Assembly: GCA_964016885.1 (NCBI GenBank)
Contig: OZ024743.1
Location: 341,310,001 to 341,374,000, forward strand
Source: Eledone cirrhosa
Taxonomy: Eukaryota
Direction: 5' to 3'
Length of the DNA stretch: 64,000 nucleotides
Shown: one piece after another, positions 54,916-64,000 of the stretch
How the letters are laid out: each line of letters starts with the position of its first letter
Numbering within the stretch: position 1 is the stretch's first letter
Program-made: the position numbers and the translations under genes
The notes under the pieces: model-generated
The model's database searches: none
Told to the model about the DNA's origin: nothing
Seen by the model: only the letters and a program-made list of their open reading frames with translations

Positions 54916-55705
54916 TCCTGTGTCAGTGTTGATCAAAAAGGTGACGTGGTTGCCTTAACACCGTACGGCATAAAAATTCAGGCTGTTCAGTTTGTTTACA
55001 AACGAACAAAGCGGCGTTATAATAAGCGTCTGCTAAGCTGATGCCTGCATATATGTATGTGTACCTGTATGTATATGTATATGCATGCTACTGTACGTCT
55101 GTATAGATATATGTATGTACGTATACACACATACTTACATATATTTTAATATATATATATATATATATATATTCATGTGTGTTTGGATATATTAGGCCTT
55201 TCCTGTACACTCACCCACGTACTATGTAATAACAGTATCTTCTGTTCTTAGTGCAATTAGATTTTAACCGTAATATATATCATTCTGACGAGAGACAGTA
55301 GCTAAAATTAGTATGTTAAACAGTAGGATATGAGGTAACAAAACTGGTCTACGTCGGAAATTAATGTGTACAAAAAGTTCAAATGTGAATATATTGGTTT
55401 GACCGTGGAAAACAACTGTCTAAATTTGAAGGCACACAATCTTTGGCAATGAGAATGATGCACGACATCGTTGATTAGCAAAATTGGCGCAAATCTGTGG
55501 GATTCACAAGATTGCTTTGCTTTGCAGCCAATTGGTCGCAAACCTATGCCTACTATGCGGTATATTTTGTCAATATCCATTTTAAATAGAATGTGAAGGC
55601 TGGATGTATGTAGATGTCCATTTTACACACGCACACAAACACACACACACACAAATACTCACCCATACACTCAAACACGCACCGAAAAAGATGGAGCAAA
55701 CATAA

Positions 55706-55890
55706 TAATTGTTTCTACTTTTGGCACATGGCCAGTAATTATCTCAGTGTATTACTGGTACTTTATTTTATCGACCCTGTAAGGATGAAAGGCAAAGTGA
55801 ACCTCTGCAGGATTTGAACTCAGAATGGCAAAGGCCGTAACTATGCGTCAAAGCATGGCGTCCGACCCTCTACCGATACTGCCAATCCAA
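55706..55890 (-). mobile_element. tRNA-derived SINE
   Basis: Reverse-complement copy. Confidence 0.85.
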
Positions 55891-55978
55891 TACAAGACAA
55901 AAGAGAAGGCACAGAAGTAGGATATAGTCGTTGATGAAGTCACGGTGTGTGTGTGACGAACTTTGATAATTACGTAAG

Positions 55979-56015
<37 letters not shown>

Positions 56016-56032
56016 CCAGTGTCTGTGTTTGT

Positions 56033-56091
<59 letters not shown>

Positions 56092-56369
56092 CTATTATAT
56101 TTCTGAGTTGATTTTCGTTTACCTTTCGCACGCACGCACACACACACGCACATATATATATATATATGTATGTATATATATATATATATATACTCTTCTA
56201 CGGCCTCGATATGAATACCCCCTCCGCCTCCGTGGTATTTTCTTCGTGGTTATAAGAGGCTTAGCTCTGTTTCTCGACCGTTATATCGCGTGACTATCTC
56301 CCCCTCCGCCTTTTTGGGATTCTTTCTCACGTCGTGTGGACGCGTTCTTGAGACTAGTAAAATGAGGTA

Positions 56370-56457
56370 TCCTCTTGATAAGTCGGCAGACCTCGCAGGG
56401 ACTCTATATCTTTGATATATTGTTTTTGTTTATGCCACGAAACTACGTAGTCGAGGA
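56370..56457 (+). ncRNA. Type I hammerhead with U3-A8 compensatory core and long stem II
   Basis: tcctc TTGATAA gt(c)ggca...tgccac GAAA ctacgtag TC gagga. Confidence 0.75.
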
Positions 56458-56961
56458 ATTTAGGAGCAGTTTAGGTATGATACATTTTATTACTAATTAT
56501 ATCTAAATGTTTCTTCTCTCTTCATAATGTATTTTTAACTCTGATACTGGTTCAGTCTGGTTCAAACTGAATTGGTCTGTCCCAGTCATTCATTGAGCAA
56601 CATCGGTGAAGTTGGCACCCTTAACTCACAGTTGGGTGCGGATGCATTCATGTATATATGTGTGTGTCCGCATGTATCTGTGTGTTCCTAAATATATTAA
56701 TAACTCCCTCTGGTCGAGCAATCTTTGAAGTGTGGGGACAACTGGAAAGCTTCCATTACTCATACTTCACGCCTTCTTCACTACCTCTTCTACGGCCTCG
56801 ATATGAATACCCCCTCCGCCTCCGTGGTATTTTCTTCGTGGTTATAAGAGGCTTAGCTCTGTTTCTCGACCGTTATATCGCGTGACTATCTCCCCCTCCG
56901 CCTTTTTGGGATTCTTTCTCACGTCGTGTGGACGCGTTCTTGAGACTAGTAAAATGAGGTA

Positions 56962-57049
56962 TCCTCTTGATAAGTCGGCAGACCTCGCAGGGACTCTATA
57001 TCTTTGATATATTGTTTTTGTTTATGCCACGAAACTACGTAGTCGAGGA
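56962..57049 (+). ncRNA. Second copy of the U3-A8 hammerhead
   Basis: Identical sequence 592 bp downstream. Confidence 0.75.
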
Positions 57050-57961
57050 ATTTAGGAGCAGTTTAGGTATGATACATTTTATTACTAATTATATCTAAAT
57101 GTTTCTTCTCTCTTCATAATGTATTTTTAACTCTGATACTGGTTCAGTCTGGTTCAAACTGAATTGGTCTGTCCCAGTCATTCATTGAGCAACATCGGTG
57201 AAGTTGGCACCCTTAACTCGCAGTTGGGTGCGGATGCATTCATGTATATATGTGTGTGTCCGCATGTATCTGTGTGTTCCTAAATATATTAATAACTCCC
57301 TCTGGTCGAGCAATCTTTGAAGTGTGGGGACAACTGGAAAGCTTCCATTACTCATACTTCACGCCTTCTTCACTACCTCTTCTACGGCCTCGATATGAAT
57401 ACCCCCTCCGCCTCCGTGGTATTTTCTTCGTGGTTATAAGAGGCTTAGCTCTGTTTCTCGATCCAATTACCATCAAATGTTGTTAAACATTGGGATTGAA
57501 AGTTATACTACTAAGAAAGAAAAAAACACACACGCCTCAGTGGAGTTTCACTATTTATTATTAGTCACGTTAGTTTAGTAACCGGCTGGTAATTTAATTT
57601 TCAAAGGCCTTTTGTAATGTATTATCTGGTTATAAATAATTAGGCACTATGTTTCCCCATTTCGTTTCGATTTTCTTCTAGTTGCACCATTATCTTGAGT
57701 TGTGTATATTTACATTGTTCCTTATTCTCTCTATTCCATTCTAGCCTGTATTCCTTTGATCAAAGCAAGTCCGATTTATATTGTTTTCCATGATAGTTTT
57801 CGATTTCGCCTCGATATTTTGTATACTCTGAACCCTGCCCTTTCTTTGCATGCAGATAATTGCACGCGGGAGCTGTTCCTTCTCGCCCTTACAAGTTTCA
57901 GTATTAGAATATTGATATTTATGTTATCTTATATATATGTATATATACACACACACACACA

Positions 57962-57998
<37 letters not shown>

Positions 57999-58196
57999 TC
58001 ATATGCGTTGTGTGTGTATGTGTGTATGCGTGTCAACGTCCACAATATTTTAGCAGTCACACTATGCTTTCAATCTTGTAAAAGCCACAGATATCAAGTC
58101 ACATATTACGCCAGCTGATTCCAATTGTGCAATCCAAAAGAGATTTTCTTACTTTATCGCATGAAGTGCTTGAAATAAAAGTAAAATATCTCGCAA

Positions 58197-58382
58197 ATAA
58201 TTGTTTCTACTTTTGGCACAAGGCCAGCAATTACCCAGTACATTACTGGTACTTTATTTTATCGAACCCGTAAGGATGAAAGGCAAAGTTAACCTCGGCG
58301 GGATTTGAACACAGACCGTAAAGGGACGTAACTATGCTGGAAAGCATGGCGTCCGACTCTCTACTGATACTGCCAATCCACT
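58197..58382 (-). mobile_element. tRNA-derived SINE
   Basis: Reverse-complement copy. Confidence 0.85.
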
Positions 58383-59671
58383 CGCAAATAATGCTCTGCC
58401 TTCCGCAAAAGAACCATCGATTCATTATATAATATTATCATGAATGCACAAAACACGGAGAATTTTGAAAAAAATAAAACACCGTACATGAACAAAGTTA
58501 CGTGGACATATCAGCATAAAAATCTTTCAAAACATAAACGACGAAAACATGATAAAATGAAGAAAATCTGCTGGTTGAATTATTTAGTAAGCATACGAAA
58601 CGTACCTGCAAATATTTTAAATAACATGCCAAAAGAATCGGAAAAAACACCCGCCAAGCTCATTGAATTGAAAACCATCCTAGGCCCGGGAATAAAAAAA
58701 TACAAAAACATATTTATTTACACATGGCCCACCTTCCACATATTATAAGGTCGTAACTGCAATAATATTACAGAAAATAAATAAAAACCCGGAGAAAAAA
58801 TGTCGATTAACAAGGCAACGAAAACTGCAAAATTTATATGGTTGAAAAAAAATCAAATACTTAATGACAAAGACATGCCCAAATATTTATTGAACAATGA
58901 GGAATGGTGTCTGAACATGGTATGGGTTGACTACTATACGTGAATGTCGGAAATATTAACCATAACTAAAATAATATTAATAATTGGTGAAAACATGTCA
59001 TGAGTAAATAGCGACAAATTACAAAAATACAATCGAAAAACAAAATAAGAATTATAAAAAAACTAACACACATGGCTTAGAAGACGAATATTGTGTCGGA
59101 TCTGCGTCTCTACAATGTTTCTTTGTGTTTTCCTTTATGCATTTCTTATAACCCCTTCATCTAACATGTTAAAGCGGATTGGACTCGGGTGAAAATGCTA
59201 TTGAAGGAAAACCACTTGATGTTCTATTTACAGTTCCAGATGAATATCAATCAGAAACACTGCTAGAGACAGTACAAAGATTTGTTATGAGATTACGGTT
59301 ATATTAATGGGAAGCAATCTTGAAGATAGGAAATATGATTAAGATTTCCAATATCATATTAGTTAAAGCAACAGAAATATATAAAAAGAGAAAATCAAAG
59401 CAGAATACAAAACACTAATGAGAGGAAATATATGGAAGCAATATTATAAACACATTACATCACAGTGATAATATATAGTTATAATATTTTCACTTAACGA
59501 TTCGGCAGAAAAATGACTGTATTTAGCATTCACTTTGAAATCTGTCAGAAATATATTTACTCCGAATAACAATAGAAAACTAATACATGCAGATAAAAAA
59601 CGGCAGCTGAACATCAATTTGTTTTCCTGCTTTATCGAATCAACGCCAGTACAAAAAAAAAAAGACTGAAG

Positions 59672-61640
59672 TCTTCTTCATCTTCGTCACCCACTTACAT
59701 CTGAGAGGGTTATTAGGCCAAAGTCCTCAGACACTTCTTCCAGTGGGTCTTGTCAGAAGCAACCGACTTCAATACATCTGCACCCCCAAGCGAGACCCGC
59801 CAAGCTCATGAACGTTATCCAACCATCTTACTCCGGTCTAACCCTTGGTTTTGCGAGTAAGATCTTTCCTGAGACATTCCAACTACATCCCTAATATCGG
59901 AGCTATGATATCAATTTGGAGAAGTAGCGGCTCTACTTGGAGGGACTCTCTGAACCCAATTTCGGCCGCTTGTGTTTGCGATCGTATTCTTTCGGTCATT
60001 ACCCCAAATTCATGACCATAGATTGGCAAAAATACCGAATTGAAGATAGCGAGAATGGCTTTTTTTATCTACCTTCCTTCTTCTGACTACCGAATGCTGA
60101 AACTGGCGCATTACTGCACCACTTCCTGCAATTCTTGCACTTAATTCAGCCACCATCACTTGTTAATATGACCCTGAGATGCTTGAATTTCGCCACCTGC
60201 TTCAATGGAATTCCATTTCGATATAGAGTGCACTGTGCAGGCTTTCTTCAGAGGACGATTTTTCAGTTTCGCAACACTGTTCATTCCAGTCATGAAGCCC
60301 TCAGCATCAAACCTAACAAGTAAAAGTCAGAGATCACAGTCTGTCGAGTTAAGTAACACCATGTCGTCTGCAAATTCCAGCCGACTGATTTTACACCCAC
60401 CTTTCACGATACCACTTCCAACCCGACTGCGCATGTCAATGCTTTTCTTAAAAAGAATGAACAAGAGAGTTAGCAATACGGTCTCTTCGCAGAGTCTGAC
60501 TCCCACATCGAATAGATTCGATGTAGTACCATTTATACGAATACAAATTCTCGGTCATTCATATAGAGACATCAGGCCAGTAAGAAGCTGCCTTCCACAG
60601 CAGGTTCCACGGGGTTTACAAAACAGGAATACCCTTCTTGGCAAAACTCCCAGGATTTCTCGATGACCTGCCGCAGTGTACATATTTGTTTGCCTGTGTT
60701 GTTCCCGCGGCGAAAACCACACAGTTCACCAGCTAGCTTGGACTCGAAATCTCTATGCATCGTTTTACCAGATACTTAGCATAGACGTTAGCGAGGAGTC
60801 TTAACAAGGAGGGAGATCTCTCTGTAGCTGGAACAATGTCTGATAGCAGGTGCAGAGGAAGACCTCTTATTATGAAGTCTGTAGATGTTCTACCAGAACA
60901 CTCTATTTGTTGATCTGAAGTCGGATTCCAGCTTAACCCTAAAGTACTCCCATGTTGTAACTTTGGACGCCTTTACTGTCTGTCTGCGATTTTCCGTGCT
61001 TCCATTACAGCAAGTGCAAGAAGGGGGACTTATTTCCAAGGTAAACTTTTTAAGCCTTCTTCCTTGCATGCATGGCATATTTACCCCCTTCATTGAACCA
61101 AGGAGTTCTCCTGCCATCTAGCGCCACACTAGGCCCCTTCTGCCTGCAGTATTTAACAGCTAAAGCAGAAACTACTTGGCTGAACATTCTTTTCTCTGTC
61201 TCAACGTCCTCAGTTTTCTCAGGCAGTTCTTTGAATTTTGATGCAATAGTATCTACAAATATATCCCTGACTTTCTTATCCACCAATGCTTCCCACCTTA
61301 TCCTGCAGGTCATCCTCGACTAACCAGTTGTGTAGCTTCCTTGGCTTTAGTAAGTCTCAAGTTGTAGATAACCAGATGGTGATCAGTTGACAGCTCAGCC
61401 CCTCCCTTAATTCGAACACCCAGCACAGAATCAATGAGATCAAAATCAATAACAAAATCAATTATTGATCTCTGTCCCTGAATCTTCTTATACTCTGTCC
61501 CTGAATCTCCTTATACTCTGTATATTTATGGATGTATCTGTGCTGGAAGTAAGTGTTCATAATAGAGTGTCCATTGCTAGATAAAATGTATAATAAGACC
61601 TCTCCATTCTTATTTAGATCGGGGATTGCCGTTCGTTCCA
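59672..61640 (-). mobile_element. Degenerate RTE-clade LINE (APE C-terminus to RT, with deletions)
   Basis: Minus frames give GAELSTDHHLVI (about 61390), CGFRRGNNTGKQICTLRQVIEKSWEF and LEFADDMVLL (about 60365), ending in a short (GAA)n-like tail. Confidence 0.82.
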
Positions 61641-62377
61641 AGCACGCCTTTCCAGTTTCTTTTCAATGTCAAAAATGTCATTCAATTGATCATATTTTCA
61701 ACATTTCACACATCCATCGTTGGTGTTTAACAATTGATCCAGTTTAGCTTGTATGACTCGGGTTGAAACATTTGGTAAATTTAATTTCTTTTGCCATGAA
61801 CGTTTTATTTCTTTAGCGATTTCTTTTATACGTTTTCTCTTTCCTTTGTTGAATGCACCAAAGAACGGAGAGCTACCAGCAATTTATATTTTGAGTGGTA
61901 TCCTGCTTTTGTTTTTCAGTGATTGTTCTTCTGGTGGAACAGTTCCTTGTTTCTTATGTGATTCTTGAAAACGTATGAGATTTTTCATACAGATCTTTTT
62001 TTTTCTTTCCGTGGCGGAAGCAATTTTATGAGACAGTATACTTTAAAATGAATACTTGTAAATCTTTCAGCACATCAACGTCTTTCTTTCTCAATCAGGA
62101 AGCTTGGTTACTTGAAAGAAAGAAAAAGATTTGATCACAAAGAAAAACATTTTTCCTATTTGTCTTATCTATATGACAATCCAATCAGTGTTCACAGTTA
62201 TATAATCCCACAAAATGCACGTCATAAATGTTTAGAAACTTCAGAAGGCTCCAAAAACTTCTAGCACGTCCCAGAAAGTCCTAGAAGGCTACACAAAGTC
62301 AGTGCTACTATATTTAAATACTATTTTATATACGATTATATATATATTAATATGTATATATATAAATATATATATAC

Positions 62378-62454
<77 letters not shown>

Positions 62455-62567
62455 ATATATATATATTTCGTTTCTGAATTTGTTTAGCAAGATTCTTTAT
62501 CTGAAATCGTGTGTTGAAACCGATATTGTTATACTTTGGGAGGGTCATGTTGCCAATAATATATATA

Positions 62568-62605
<38 letters not shown>

Positions 62606-63085
62606 TGACGTAAAATAAGGAAATTATAAAAATTAACTTACTTACTAAAATTTCACTCCAACTAATTAGTTTCTGAAAGGAAAAAAACATGGTTTCCGAA
62701 TGGAGAGCATGGAGAAGCCGTTTCGTCTTCAGGAAGTCTGTTCTCAGCTAATATACCTGGCGATGCGTGGACACGGGGAACTTATACAAAAATAATTCAG
62801 TGGATGGAAAAAAGCAAGCGTGGACTAAATTCCAAGACATTGAAAAAAATCACTGCCTATTTGGTCGGTGGCAAATTCAAAAGAATCAATCACGTGACAT
62901 CGAGGGTAATCAGTGTTGAGTGGGGTGTTAAAAAGACAGTAGCCAAGCTGTTACTATGAACTATAGTAGCAGTTTTGGCAAATGTTTGCTCAACAAAATA
63001 ATTTGGAGATAATTATAAAGAATTAGTATATCTACCAACATATATATACAGATTCATACCTATGCTAGAAAATATATAGGTTGTG

Positions 63086-63139
<54 letters not shown>

Positions 63140-64000
63140 ATAATAATAATAATAGTAAATGTGAAGACTAAAATCCGAAGAGGGCTCGATAAGGTTAATA
63201 TATATGTAAATATCTAAAACCATAGAGCAATTATTTATTAAAATAACATATATTAAAGTTTAATCTGTTATTTTAAAATATATATATATATATGCGTGTG
63301 TGTGTGGGGGGGGGGGTGTATATGTGCGACGCGCGTGTGCTTGTGTGTTAACAATTTCACTACAGCAATCAATGCTAAGTCAATATTAAGAGAATGCATA
63401 TGGGTACTATCTGAAATCACCGATACAGGTAAAAAAATACTACTCTAATGGCTGAGAATCATAAATGTGACAGCAAGATTGTTCTTTACGACACAGGATT
63501 AATAATAATAATTACAAAAAAGCACTTAACACGAACTAAATATAGAATATTGTCAGATTTGTCAGAAAGAATTATCACATTGTCTCGGTAGGGGCCAGCT
63601 ATATCCAGGACACAAAGTTAGAATTTTCATACACTCGAAAGAGTGACAACCAACAGAAAACAGGTGGTATAGATAAATAGCAAAAATATGAGAAAGTATC
63701 TATACTTCGAGATTTGCCAATTCACTCAAACGGAGAGTTAAAGTATAATCAACCGTATACAGCTGCTAGGGGCCCCAATGGAGGGTATTTCATCTTCATT
63801 GAAGTAGGTTCTCGAACAGAATATAAGCCTCTAAAATATATCTGGAAACAGATAGCTAGAACGTGAGAATTAAAACACAAATAATACATATTGTAATAGA
63901 AGGCTTTGTGAATGATTTAAAATACGCATAAACATACAGAAATAAATGCTAAGGATTAGCAGTTATAAACCACATACAATGACAAAAACCCACGCATAAC

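Larger units (their letters stand above)
53073..55140. mobile_element. Head-to-head tandem array of 450-480 bp non-coding units, each with a hammerhead (retrozyme-like)
   Basis: Units start at 53073, 53536 and 53993. After the central (TA)n (about 54113-54155) the same units are inverted, with equivalent points at 54157, 54637 and 55085. Confidence 0.93.
56193..57461 (+). mobile_element. 592-bp tandem repeat (about 2.14 units), each full unit with a variant hammerhead (retrozyme-like)
   Basis: ctcttctacggcctcg occurs at 56193, 56785 and 57377, and the units are nearly identical. Confidence 0.93.

Noticed and set aside
55280-55370. CTGACGA...GAAA candidate hammerhead
   Set aside because: Stem II and stem III pairing is unconvincing.
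62683-62737. Minus-strand CTGAAGA cgaa...ttcg GAAA ccatgt candidate
   Set aside because: The stem II base pairs, but there is no stem I partner; probably dead or chance.

Overview
This is AT-rich eukaryotic DNA dense in (TA)n/(CA)n/(GA)n/(TTC)n microsatellites. The repeat content looks invertebrate, plausibly octopus or another cephalopod (inference). No host protein-coding gene is recognisable and almost all short ORFs are microsatellite artefacts. The window is a mosaic of mobile elements. It holds one near-full-length Tx1/L1-clade LINE (about 21680-27678) inserted in a (TTC)n tract and two defective relatives. It also has fragments of RTE, R4/Dong, CRE, HERO and CR1-like LINEs, a Chapaev3-type DNA transposon, two Penelope-like (PLE) fragments and more than 10 tRNA-derived SINEs. 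The most striking signal lies outside the ORF track: at least nine hand-foldable type I hammerhead ribozyme (HHR) motifs, plus several degenerate or half motifs. Six of the nine sit one per unit in two unrelated non-coding tandem arrays directly downstream of a Penelope RT/GIY-YIG ORF. The first is a 450-480 bp repeat arranged as a 2-kb head-to-head palindrome. The second is a 592-bp repeat whose ribozyme core carries a compensatory U3-A8 swap. These look like retrozyme-type, possibly circular-RNA-producing, PLE-dependent elements. Many perfect or near-perfect palindromes in the window are built from, or abut, ribozyme pieces. All structures were folded by eye; nothing was computed or searched.
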